From Pirellulaceae bacterium (lineage in GTDB: Bacteria > Planctomycetota > Planctomycetia > Pirellulales > Pirellulaceae), in assembly GCA_041745295.1 (NCBI GenBank), contig JBGTJE010000103.1, forward strand, positions 25,689-89,688: 64,000 bases of DNA. Reading direction: 5' to 3'. The notes under the pieces were generated by a model. The model saw only the letters and a list, made by a program, of their open reading frames with translations, had not been told where the DNA came from and did no database searches. The position numbers and the translations under genes were made by a program. Positions 1 to 10,635 of the stretch are shown one piece after another. Each line of letters opens with the position of its first letter. Position 1 is the first letter of the stretch.

Positions 1-158
1 ACGGGGCGGACAATTTGATCCTTCGTATAAGCGACTCGTCGCAAATCGATCACGCACAAGCCATTGCTGACGCCGACTAGTCTAATAGCTCGATACTTGA
101 ATTAGGTTCTGAATTCGAGGCGCAATTGGTTCTGGTTTAACGTCAAAAAGGTGTTGCG

Positions 159-3100
159 ATGGCCTCTGGTGAAAACGACTCCAAGAATCCATCTGACACC
201 GAGAAACCAAAACGCGTCGATGAGATTGCCGAGGCGTACCTGAAATCGCTGCATAAACGGCCCGATTCGACGTCGTTGCGCGAGATTGTGGACCAACATC
301 CGGATCTTGCACCCGATTTGGAAAGGCGCCTTCGGTTTATCGAGTCTGTGTTTCGTGCGCTGCAAAGCGACTCGAGCGCAGCTGCAGCTGCCGGCGACGA
401 AGCGGATTTGGCGGTGCCTTCTTTATCCCCGAGCAGAGACGATCCAAGGTCGGGTGACGGCGATGGAATTCTGAACGACCGCGTCGTCAGTGTCCGCTGC
501 CCGCATTGCGGGAATATGCTCAAAGTCGTTTCGCAGGGGCCCGTCGAAGTTACCTGCGGGAGCTGCGGCAGCGCAGTCAGTGTCGACCCGAACGCCACGC
601 GGACGGACGCTCAGTCCCGGACTCCGAAGTTTATCGCACACTTCAAAATCCTCGGCAAACTTGGGCAGGGGGCATTCGGAACCGCTTATAAGGCCGAAGA
701 CACTCGCCTGGGCCGAACGGTGGCAGTCAAAATCCCCCGGGCCGGAAGCTTTGCAACCGCCAACGACGAACTTCGATTCGTCCGCGAAGCCCGCCACGCG
801 GCACAATTGAGACACCCTAATATCGTCCAGGTCCACGAGATCGCCACCGATCATGGCATACCCTATCTCGTGAGTGATTTCATCGATGGGATCACCCTCG
901 CCGATTTAATCAGCGGACGACGTCTCTCGTTTCGTGAATCGGCTGAAATGATTGTCGCAATCGCCGAAGCGGTTCAGTTCGCGCACGCTCACAATGTGAT
1001 CCACCGGGATCTCAAGCCGAGCAATGTGCTCCTGGATGCCAATCGCAAGCCCTACATCACCGATTTTGGTTTGGCTCGTCAGTCCGAGGGCGAATTCACG
1101 ATCACGCTGGAAGGTGAAGTTCTAGGCACGCCGGCGTACATGTCCCCCGAGCAAGCGTCGGGCAAAGACGTTGACCCACGCGCGGACATTTACAGCCTGG
1201 GAGTCATCTTCTATCGGCTCGTCTGCGGCGAACTCCCGTTTCGCGGCAGCCAGCGGATGATGATCCACCAAGTCCTGCACGACGACCCGCGCCCGCCACG
1301 GCGATTGGACGAACGGATCCCGCGCGACGTGGACACAATCATTCTCAAGGCCATGGCCAAGGAACGAGATCGTCGCTACGCGTCCGCGGCAGACTTTGCG
1401 GCCGACGTGCTCCGTTGGCTGCAATCGCAACCGATCACTGCTCGACCCGTGGGAATCGTTGGTAAGTCCATACGCTGGTGCCGCCGTAATCCGTCCGGGA
1501 CCTTGGTCATCGCCGGAACTTCGGCATTGCTCCTCACGATTGCGGGGATTTCCGCGGCTTGGGCTTTTCGTGAACGGGCGGTCCGCGACGTGATGATTGA
1601 AAGCGCAAAAAACCGCGTTGAAGCGCTCCGCCGGCTGGTTGGTGCTCACGAGCAGAACGGGCTGGAGCGGCTCAAAGCGGGTGATTCGTTCGGCGCTTCG
1701 TCCTGGTTCTCAAAGGCATTGACTGCGGAAAGCGACGCAGTTGTTGATCCGTCGGACGCATTGGTCGCCGCGGATATGGATCGGCAACGGTTCCGCATCG
1801 GAATGATTCACCAGTCGCTACCTAAACTTCTCCAGGTGTGGCCTTCGGCGGGAAAAGTGACTCGCCTCGAATTCAACGCCGACGGAAGGACTCTTTTGGC
1901 AACGTCTCAAGCCGGCGTGGTGCAGGCGATCAACCCGGACTTGGATGAGCCGGTCGTCCTCCAAGCGGAAAACGGCTCCGAGATTTGGAACAGCGACCTT
2001 GACCCAAGCGGCACCCGGGCGTGCACAGCGACATTGGAAAACCATGCCGACTTGTGGGATGTGACCAACAAAACGCGAATTGCTCGCTTGCCCCACGACG
2101 CTCGGGTTTGGTCTGCCAATTTCAGCCCAGACGGCAAATCGATTGCAACGGCTGGCGCCGACCACAACGCGGGTGTTTGGAAATCCGAAGATGGATCCTT
2201 GATTGACAAATTCGAACATTCGGGGAAATACATCAGTTTTGCAAAATTTTCGCCGGATTCCCAAACCCTTCTTACCGTGTCAACAGAGCCCGAGCAGCCG
2301 ATCGAGCTGCGACTGTGGGATATCGCTGGCAAGAAACTGCGGACAGCCATTTTTCAATGTCCCGCGCAGGTTAATGACATTGCATTCGACAATTCGGGCA
2401 ATCGAATCTACGCTGCTTGCGAAGACGGAACGGTCGTCATTTGGAACGCGCAATCCGGCGAGGTGGATGGTGATCCGCTGCGGCACGATGCCAGTCTCGG
2501 CCGCTTGCGATTCGTCGACGATGGTCACACGCTAATTACCGTCACGCGGGAGGGGAAGATTGCTTTTTGGGACCTTCGAAAAAAGTTCCGAAAAGAAGTA
2601 AACATTCAGTCACTATCCGCTGTTAACGACGTTGCCGTCGATCCGCGCGGCAACTTCCTTGCCATCGCAAATAACGACAAACGGGCCCGCGTTTTTTGGA
2701 AGTATTGCGCCGAGCCGGCGTGCCCCGAAATCCCGTTGGGGGGCCACGCACTGGCGGTCGCGTTTCATCCCGACGGCCGTCGATTGGCGGTCGGGGGGGA
2801 CGACGGCGTCGTACGCCTTTGGGATTTGGCCGGCCTGGCGCCTCGTCATGATGCAATTCGAACTTCCGCGGAAATCACCGCACTCCATTATAGTCACGAC
2901 GGGAAGCGGCTGCTCGTTGCGGATCGAGCTCGCACTGCGTCGCAGTGGGACGCAACGACTCTCCGGCCGATTGGCGAACCGATGAAGCACGAGGATGAAG
3001 TCATCTATTGCGAATACGATTCCGCTAATGAACTTGTGGTTACCGCAAGTTCGGACAACACCGCTCAAGTCTGGAATGCGAACACGGGACAGCCGGTCGG

Positions 3101-4127
3101 GCCGCGATGGAAACACGAAAGTCCGGTACTTCGCGCAAGATTTGTTCCCGAAACCGATCGCGTTATTACAACGACGCTTGATGGAAATGGCGCGATTTGG
3201 ACTGTCGGGTCCGATAAGCCACTGCACCAGTTCAGTCAGGATTCGCGATTGGTCGGGCTGAGGATCCACCCGAACGGAAAATGGTTTGCGTTATCGGGCG
3301 AGAGTCCATTTCTACAGATCCGCAGCACCGAGGATGGCAAGCCGCTCGGCGAACGGATCAATCATCTCGGATTGGTGGGTGATGCGGAATTTAGCTCAAC
3401 GGGCAAACATCTTGTCTCCGTTAGTTTCGACGAAGGGTCAGTTGTCGTGACGGAACTGAACGACCACAAATTCCCAGAGACTCGTTGGAAGCTGGGAACC
3501 AGTATTTTCGCCTGCCAATTTGGACGTACCGACGACGACGTGATAACCGCGGATGGAGCCGGAGAATTGATACTTTGGAGTCGAGAAGGCTCTGGTTTTG
3601 TGCCCCAATGGTCCGCGGTGGATCCGGCCGTCAGCGTGGACCGCGTATCGATCCATCCAAAACTTCCGCTTGTGATCGTCAGCGCCCGGAAATCGGGCGA
3701 GTCTTTCCGCCCAGGTGTTTCCAGCATTCGATTTCACGATCTAGTCGCGGGTTCCCTGTTAGCGGAGCTACATGGGCACCTTCGTCCCATTCACAACGTG
3801 AATATCAATCCCGATGGAAAGCAATTTGCGACGGGATCGGCCGACGGCACGGTTCGCGTTTGGGATATTACCTCGGATGAACGGTCCCCCGAAATATTGC
3901 AGCGCTTGGCATTTTTCTACGAAGGAAAATCGGGAGGCGCGGGTCTGGAAACCAATTCGCTCGCCCCCCAAGCCCAAGTCGACGAGTTTGCGGCGTTGCG
4001 AATGCTATATCCCGAAACTTTCCGCTGTTCCGACGACGAAATCCGAAGATGGGAAGAAGAAGTTCAGTGGGTTCGAGAACAAGCCATCCCGGGTTCTGGC
4101 CAGGCAGTATCTCGAATCAAGAATTAG
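159..4127 (+). CDS. Ser/Thr protein kinase with N-terminal C4 zinc ribbon, one TM segment and C-terminal WD40/beta-propeller repeats (1322 aa)
   Basis: Zinc ribbon CPHCG...CGSCG. Kinase motifs GKLGQGAFG, VAVK, HRDLKPSNVLL, DFGLAR, SPE. Hydrophobic stretch LVIAGTSALLLTIAGISAAW after the kinase domain. Repeated WD-like units (LWD, IWN, VWN, FWD, LWS, VWD) over about 750 aa. Confidence 0.85.
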   Translation: MASGENDSKNPSDTEKPKRVDEIAEAYLKSLHKRPDSTSLREIVDQHPDLAPDLERRLRFIESVFRALQSDSSAAAAAGDEADLAVPSLSPSRDDPRSGDGDGILNDRVVSVRCPHCGNMLKVVSQGPVEVTCGSCGSAVSVDPNATRTDAQSRTPKFIAHFKILGKLGQGAFGTAYKAEDTRLGRTVAVKIPRAGSFATANDELRFVREARHAAQLRHPNIVQVHEIATDHGIPYLVSDFIDGITLADLISGRRLSFRESAEMIVAIAEAVQFAHAHNVIHRDLKPSNVLLDANRKPYITDFGLARQSEGEFTITLEGEVLGTPAYMSPEQASGKDVDPRADIYSLGVIFYRLVCGELPFRGSQRMMIHQVLHDDPRPPRRLDERIPRDVDTIILKAMAKERDRRYASAADFAADVLRWLQSQPITARPVGIVGKSIRWCRRNPSGTLVIAGTSALLLTIAGISAAWAFRERAVRDVMIESAKNRVEALRRLVGAHEQNGLERLKAGDSFGASSWFSKALTAESDAVVDPSDALVAADMDRQRFRIGMIHQSLPKLLQVWPSAGKVTRLEFNADGRTLLATSQAGVVQAINPDLDEPVVLQAENGSEIWNSDLDPSGTRACTATLENHADLWDVTNKTRIARLPHDARVWSANFSPDGKSIATAGADHNAGVWKSEDGSLIDKFEHSGKYISFAKFSPDSQTLLTVSTEPEQPIELRLWDIAGKKLRTAIFQCPAQVNDIAFDNSGNRIYAACEDGTVVIWNAQSGEVDGDPLRHDASLGRLRFVDDGHTLITVTREGKIAFWDLRKKFRKEVNIQSLSAVNDVAVDPRGNFLAIANNDKRARVFWKYCAEPACPEIPLGGHALAVAFHPDGRRLAVGGDDGVVRLWDLAGLAPRHDAIRTSAEITALHYSHDGKRLLVADRARTASQWDATTLRPIGEPMKHEDEVIYCEYDSANELVVTASSDNTAQVWNANTGQPVGPRWKHESPVLRARFVPETDRVITTTLDGNGAIWTVGSDKPLHQFSQDSRLVGLRIHPNGKWFALSGESPFLQIRSTEDGKPLGERINHLGLVGDAEFSSTGKHLVSVSFDEGSVVVTELNDHKFPETRWKLGTSIFACQFGRTDDDVITADGAGELILWSREGSGFVPQWSAVDPAVSVDRVSIHPKLPLVIVSARKSGESFRPGVSSIRFHDLVAGSLLAELHGHLRPIHNVNINPDGKQFATGSADGTVRVWDITSDERSPEILQRLAFFYEGKSGGAGLETNSLAPQAQVDEFAALRMLYPETFRCSDDEIRRWEEEVQWVREQAIPGSGQAVSRIKN

Positions 4128-4258
4128 TTGATTTTTCATCAGCCAAGGGACGGTAGCATCCGGCCTGAATCGATGACCAAGACGAAAACCGGGGGCTAGC
4201 GCCCTACGGCTGATGTTTTGAGACACAGCCTCGCGCAAACGAGCTCTGGCTTGAATTG

Positions 4259-5191
4259 TCATTCAGAGTATTTCGGGCCAAGGGCAGAAACCGGAAGTGC
4301 CTCGGCAAACGCTCCGCTGAGCACGATGATTTGCTCCACCGATAACTGTTCCGCGCGCGACGTAGCTTGATAACGAAGTCGCCCAAGCACCTCGTCGATC
4401 GCTGGCTTGTCAAGCTGATCGCTGAGCGCACTGACAAGCGCGCTGCGCAAAAATTTGCGACGATGACAAAACAACCCACGAATGAACTGGTGAAAGAACT
4501 CCAAATCGGCAATGCGGGCTCGCAATGAAGATTGCGGTCGAATTTGAATGATGGCCGATTCGACCTTGGGTCGGGGCCAAAATACAGTGGGGGGCATGAC
4601 CCGAATCAACTCGACTTCGCAAAGACTCTGGATCCAAATGCTCAGCGCACTGTAATCCTTGGTCGATGGTCGCGCCATGATTCGATCCGCTACCTCTTTC
4701 TGAATCGTGACGGTCATCGAGACGGGGACGATCGGCGTCGTCAACAAGTTTGAAAGGACCGGGGTTGCGATGCAGAACGGCAAGTTCGCGGCGACTTTCA
4801 ATTGCCGACTAGGATCAACGGCCAACTCGGCTTGAACCGCCTCTACAATGCTCTCGCTCAATTGGTTCTTGTTGCGGAGCGCGTCTTGTTGGAGAAATCG
4901 AATGTTCTCATGCGCTTCCAATTCTTCGCGGGCCAGCTGTTGCAAGTATCGATCCACTTCGACCGTTACGACGGAAGCCGCAAGTTTGGCCAGTTTTGCC
5001 GTGAGGCCCCCTAACCCCGTACCGATTTCCAGAACGACGTCGTGAGGTTGGATATCGGCCGCGCGAACGAGCAGATCGATCAGATTTAAGTCGATTAGAA
5101 AATTTTGGCCGAACCGGTTCTTCGGCCTCAGTCCGACACTGGCCAGCCGCCGAGTCAGATACGAAATTGTTTGTCGCGCGTTTTCCGTCAT
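4259..5191 (-). CDS. rsmA: 16S rRNA (adenine1518/1519-N6)-dimethyltransferase KsgA/RsmA
   Basis: FGQNFLID, SAM-binding VLEIGTGLGGLT and ANLPFCIATP motifs are typical of KsgA. 310 aa. Confidence 0.85.
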   Translation of the reverse strand: MTENARQTISYLTRRLASVGLRPKNRFGQNFLIDLNLIDLLVRAADIQPHDVVLEIGTGLGGLTAKLAKLAASVVTVEVDRYLQQLAREELEAHENIRFLQQDALRNKNQLSESIVEAVQAELAVDPSRQLKVAANLPFCIATPVLSNLLTTPIVPVSMTVTIQKEVADRIMARPSTKDYSALSIWIQSLCEVELIRVMPPTVFWPRPKVESAIIQIRPQSSLRARIADLEFFHQFIRGLFCHRRKFLRSALVSALSDQLDKPAIDEVLGRLRYQATSRAEQLSVEQIIVLSGAFAEALPVSALGPKYSE

Positions 5192-5539
5192 TATTCAAAT
5201 CCAAGGTTGTGCCAGAAGCCTATCCAAAAACCAAAATTGGTCCCTCGCCCCCGCTTCAGGCAACTTTATGCGAATGTGCTTGCAAGACTTGGCAATCGTT
5301 TACAACAAAATCCTCGTTCCCTGGCTCTGCCGGGGAACGCACTGTCTTCGAGGCTCTACCTCGTCCTGGGCTGGCAGAGCCAGCAATGCAGTGGGTTCCC
5401 AGGCGGGAGCCTGGGAACCAGAACTAAATTATTGCTATCAATCGTGCATAAAGTTGCCCGCTTTGGGGGAGAAGGAACCGGAAAATCGCAATATCAAAAC
5501 TTGCGCTTTGCGTTGGTGTTGGCACCAATTCGCTCCTGC

Positions 5540-6157
5540 TTAATTCGATCCTTCGCGTCGAATCACGCCAGAATTGATGAGCTGTCGTTCGACGTATTTG
5601 GCCAAAATATCGGATTCCACATTCACCTCATCTCCATCGCGAAGTCGACCCAAGGTCGTCATGGATAGCGTATGCGGAATTAGCGCCACGCTGAATTGAT
5701 CGTCACGAACATTCACGAGCGTCAAGCTCACTCCGTCGACCGCGACCGATCCTTTGCAGGCCATTTGCCGAGTCAACGACCGCGGGACACGAAACCAAAC
5801 GTCCGACCAATCGCCCGAATCGACCCGCTCGGTCACGATTCCGACGGCGTCGATATGGCCGGTCACCAGATGCCCGCCCAGCGGACTCCCGACGCTCGTC
5901 GCTCGCTCCAGATTCACTTGCGATCCGATCGTGAGTCGTCTCAAGTTGGTACGTTGCAGCGTTTCCGGGCCCGCTTCGAAACTTGCCCGATCGTGATCGC
6001 GTGACACCATCGTCAGGCAACAGCCGTCGATGGACACGCTGTCGCCAATCGCCAACGAATCGAAAAATCGAATGGCGGCAATCGTCAATCGTATCCCGGG
6101 ACCACTCGGTTCGATCCCGCAGATGGCGCCGCAGGCTTCAATCAAGCCGGTGAACAA
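5540..6157 (-). CDS. ribE: Riboflavin synthase (alpha subunit). The six-frame ORF runs to 6211, but a likely TTG start at 6157 gives MFTGLIE...
   Basis: Canonical N-terminus FTGLIEACGAI. Duplicated lumazine-binding repeats (DSVSIDGCCLTMV, GHLVTGHID). AGGAG sits 7 nt upstream of the TTG at 6157. No in-frame ATG gives a canonical N-terminus. Confidence 0.75.
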   Translation of the reverse strand: MFTGLIEACGAICGIEPSGPGIRLTIAAIRFFDSLAIGDSVSIDGCCLTMVSRDHDRASFEAGPETLQRTNLRRLTIGSQVNLERATSVGSPLGGHLVTGHIDAVGIVTERVDSGDWSDVWFRVPRSLTRQMACKGSVAVDGVSLTLVNVRDDQFSVALIPHTLSMTTLGRLRDGDEVNVESDILAKYVERQLINSGVIRREGSN

Positions 6158-6303
6158 AGGCAAACTCCTCGCGCGGCGGACCCAACGAAAGCGTCTGCTA
6201 CAAGGTGACACAAATCAATCAACAGTTCAACCGTCGGCCCCTTTTCGAACCCAAATCGTTGGCTGAGAATGTCTCGATTGAATCGCCCGTCGGCAGCTAA
6301 TAA

Positions 6304-7617
<1,314 letters not shown>

Positions 7618-7682
7618 CAGTTCTTTTTTGTGTGCCACTGGCTGTGCCCGTGTTGCGATCTGCTCGCGCTGTGCATGGGTCT

Positions 7683-7835
7683 CGAAAAGTAGGTCTCGCG
7701 AGCCGAGCGAGATCTGGCGCCATCCCGCAGGTTCTAATCCTTTGATGGTCAAACAACCGTTGGTTCCATTAGTCTTGAATCAACTATCCGGCTGACAGTT
7801 CAAGGTCTCGCTCGGCTCGCGAGACCTACTTTTCG
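7683..7835. repeat. MITE-like palindromic element, copy 1. Perfect 30-bp terminal inverted repeats (7683..7712 and 7806..7835) flank a 93-bp core.
   Basis: The left TIR cgaaaagtaggtctcgcgagccgagcgaga is the exact reverse complement of the right TIR. The same TIR core recurs at 13160..13330. It lies between the convergent eno and P-type ATPase genes, and the right TIR overlaps the ATPase stop codon. Confidence 0.7.
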
Positions 7836-9775
7836 AAATCAAAGAGCGCTTGCGATGGAACGGAAACCCGCAGGGCGTTGAGAACGGCCAAGACGTCGAT
7901 GATTTCTTGGCAAATGGCACCGGCGACGGGAGGGAGATAGCCGGCGGCTGCGGCGATCATCCCCAAGATGCTGAGCGCCATCCCGCCGATGGCACTTTGC
8001 AGCGCAATCCGCCGCATCCGGCGACTGATGTGCAAAAATTCGTCGACGCGTTGCAACGAGCTGTCGAGAACTACCACGTCGCCGGCTTCGGTCGTGACAT
8101 CGTTGCTTTGTCCAAAAGCGATGCCGACCGTTGCGGCCAACAATGCCGGCGCGTCGTTGATGCCGTCGCCGACGAAAATCGTCTTGGCCCGCGCTGTCTC
8201 CGCGTTCACGATCGCCAATTTTTGTTCGGGGCTTTGCTGAAAATACACATTGTCGATGCCGACTTGGTCGGCTAAATACTTCACTTCGGATTCCCGGTCG
8301 CCCGAGACGATCAGCGTCCGATTGATTAAGTGTTTCGGATAAAGATGATGGACAAACGAGGCGCCCTCTTTGCGCGGCTTGTCGCGAAACCGGACCATCG
8401 CGGCGAACTTGTTGTCGATTAATACGGCGCATTCCATTCCCCCGACTTGTGGCGGAAACTCCGACGCGAGTTGCGGTTGTGCTTTCAATAATTTGCCGCG
8501 ACTGGTGATCTGAATTTTCTTGCCGGAGACAAGCCCGCGCAGACCCTCACCCGGCCGCTCGCTCATTTCGCTGACGTCATAGACCGTCGAGCGCGATTGT
8601 TTGGCCGCCAAGAGAAACGGGGCGGACAGCGGGTGCTTGGAGTACCGCTCCAAACTACTCACCAAGGCAAGAATCTCGCCTGCGTTAAATCCCGGCGCCG
8701 GAAGGATCTGCTCGAGCCGAGGTTGGCCATAGGTCAGGGTCCCGGTCTTGTCAAAGATAATCGTGCGACAGGTATCCGCCGTCTCCAGCGCCGACGGATC
8801 GCGGACGATGATCGACCGCTTGGCCGCCAATGAAATCGAGCCGATGATCGCAACCGGAATCGCGATCAGCAAGGGACAAGGAGTTGCTACGACGAGGACC
8901 GAGAGAAATCGCACCGGGTCGCCGGAAAGCCACCACGCCACCAAGGCAATCGACAGCGCAATGGGGGTGTAGACGGCGCCGAGCGAATCGCCCAAGCGGC
9001 GAATCTGGGGCCGCTTCTCTTCCGACGCCTGCATGACTTTCATGATTTTGGCATAGCGCGAATCTCGGGCCAAAGCATCCGCGCGAATCACCAGCGCCAT
9101 TTCGCCGTTGATCGCTCCGGACAACACCGATGAACCGGGGGTCTTGCTCATGACGTAGGGTTCGCCGGTCAAGTAACTTTCGTCCATCGTGCCGTGACCT
9201 TCGATCACAGTTCCGTCGATGGGGCAGGTTTCGTGCGGAAAGACAACGACCGTGTCGCCGACGACAAGCTGCGCGAGCGGCACATCCTCGATGTTTGCCC
9301 CGACCTTGCGGTGTCCGATCGCCGGCATGCGTTTACTCAAGGCACGAAGTACCGATGAAGCACTACGGACTGCATAGGCCTCTAACGCTTCGCCGCCGGA
9401 AAGCATGAGCACAACGAGCGCGCCAGCCAGATACTCTCCCAGGAAAATCGACACGACGATCGAGATGCCCGCCAGCAGGTCGGAACCAAACTGGCGGCGC
9501 AGCAGTTTGAGCAGCAATTGCAGCACCAGCGGGCTGCCACCCGCAATCGCGGCCCCCAACGGCCAGTTGGCGGCTTCTGCCCAGGGCGATGCCTTCAACG
9601 CCAAGTGCAATCCGATCATCGAGATTGTCCATCCCGCGATGATCGCGTCGTGTGATCGCTTGAAAATACTAACCCATCGATTTTGCGCCATGTATTCGCC
9701 CCGGTACTTGGAACAATGTATCATTGCCAAGTAGCGGCCGTTAACCAGGCGGTTTGCGATTGGTACCGGTTCCAA
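7826..9775 (-). CDS. P1B-type heavy-metal-translocating P-type ATPase with a TPCP transmembrane motif and no N-terminal metal-binding domain
   Basis: DKTGTLT phosphorylation motif, [15 protein letters not shown], and TPCP in the metal-binding TM helix. The ORF start at 9775 is a TTG. In-frame ATGs at 9724 (MIHCS..) or 9691 (MAQNRW..) are more plausible starts. Confidence 0.8.
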   Translation of the reverse strand: MEPVPIANRLVNGRYLAMIHCSKYRGEYMAQNRWVSIFKRSHDAIIAGWTISMIGLHLALKASPWAEAANWPLGAAIAGGSPLVLQLLLKLLRRQFGSDLLAGISIVVSIFLGEYLAGALVVLMLSGGEALEAYAVRSASSVLRALSKRMPAIGHRKVGANIEDVPLAQLVVGDTVVVFPHETCPIDGTVIEGHGTMDESYLTGEPYVMSKTPGSSVLSGAINGEMALVIRADALARDSRYAKIMKVMQASEEKRPQIRRLGDSLGAVYTPIALSIALVAWWLSGDPVRFLSVLVVATPCPLLIAIPVAIIGSISLAAKRSIIVRDPSALETADTCRTIIFDKTGTLTYGQPRLEQILPAPGFNAGEILALVSSLERYSKHPLSAPFLLAAKQSRSTVYDVSEMSERPGEGLRGLVSGKKIQITSRGKLLKAQPQLASEFPPQVGGMECAVLIDNKFAAMVRFRDKPRKEGASFVHHLYPKHLINRTLIVSGDRESEVKYLADQVGIDNVYFQQSPEQKLAIVNAETARAKTIFVGDGINDAPALLAATVGIAFGQSNDVTTEAGDVVVLDSSLQRVDEFLHISRRMRRIALQSAIGGMALSILGMIAAAAGYLPPVAGAICQEIIDVLAVLNALRVSVPSQALFDFEK

Positions 9776-9784
9776 GAGACTTCA

Positions 9785-10300
9785 ATGATCATTGAGAACC
9801 CGTTATTGCCGGCGCTTATCGGCGCAATTATTGGCCTAGCTTGTTTCGGTCTATGGTATGCGTTTCGACATTGGATGCCGTTGTTGGTCGGCAGCATCGC
9901 CGTATTTTGTGGGATCGCGGTCGTCGCGTTATCAGTGCTGATCGATAGCCCGCGCGAGGAAGTCGAACGAACCGTACATCGTCTTGCCATGGCGGCCCAA
10001 AACAACGATATCGAAATGTTATTGCGATACGTGTCGCCCTCGGCGGTCGAAGTTCGCAACGCTGCCAAATTGGAGATGGAGGCAACGCGATTCGTTAGCT
10101 GCTGGATCGCTAAGATTCACGACATCAAAATCGATGAAACGAAATCGCCGCCTGCGGCTCGAGCCAGTCTGGCAGTCATCGCCATCGTCGAAGGATCACG
10201 ATACGGCGACGGCCGAGGACGCGTGCAACTTTGGCTGGATTTGGTCAAAGAATCGGACGGCCAATGGCGTGTGGTCGGGTATCGTTACAGTATTGAGTAG
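9785..10300 (+). CDS. Hypothetical membrane protein with two N-terminal TM helices and a soluble C-terminal domain
   Basis: ATG at 9785 (MIIENPLLPALIGAIIGLACFGLWY...). The longer ORF from 9683 would overlap the ATPase start, so it was trimmed to this ATG. Confidence 0.5.
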   Translation: MIIENPLLPALIGAIIGLACFGLWYAFRHWMPLLVGSIAVFCGIAVVALSVLIDSPREEVERTVHRLAMAAQNNDIEMLLRYVSPSAVEVRNAAKLEMEATRFVSCWIAKIHDIKIDETKSPPAARASLAVIAIVEGSRYGDGRGRVQLWLDLVKESDGQWRVVGYRYSIE

Positions 10301-10635
10301 CCCCCACAAGGCAAAGTCGCTGCGGACTTTGCCACCGACACAGAACACTTCGGAGGCGTTGCCAATAAAAACTGGCCGTTCACAGCCATTCGCTTGCCCA
10401 ACGGCAACACGGTTTGCACTAGTTACGGCCAGCGTGAGCCAGATGCCGTTAAGCTATTCGAAGTCACCCGCGACAAGGCAGAGCCAGTGGCACACAAAAC
10501 CGCCTGCCTGGAGCGCGCATTTCGACTTGGTAGCCGAATTCGCCAGAATTAGGGCAAGGCGTCTTCATCCGCGCCCAAACGCTGGGGAATCCCGCTACAG
10601 TTTGCTGAGAGTGCCTTCCCGCTGAAAACTGAAAA

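Noticed and set aside
9683-9784. 5' extension of the membrane-protein ORF that overlaps the ATPase start
   Set aside because: The extension lacks an ATG and would overlap the divergent ATPase gene. The ATG at 9785 gives a sensible TM-helix N-terminus.
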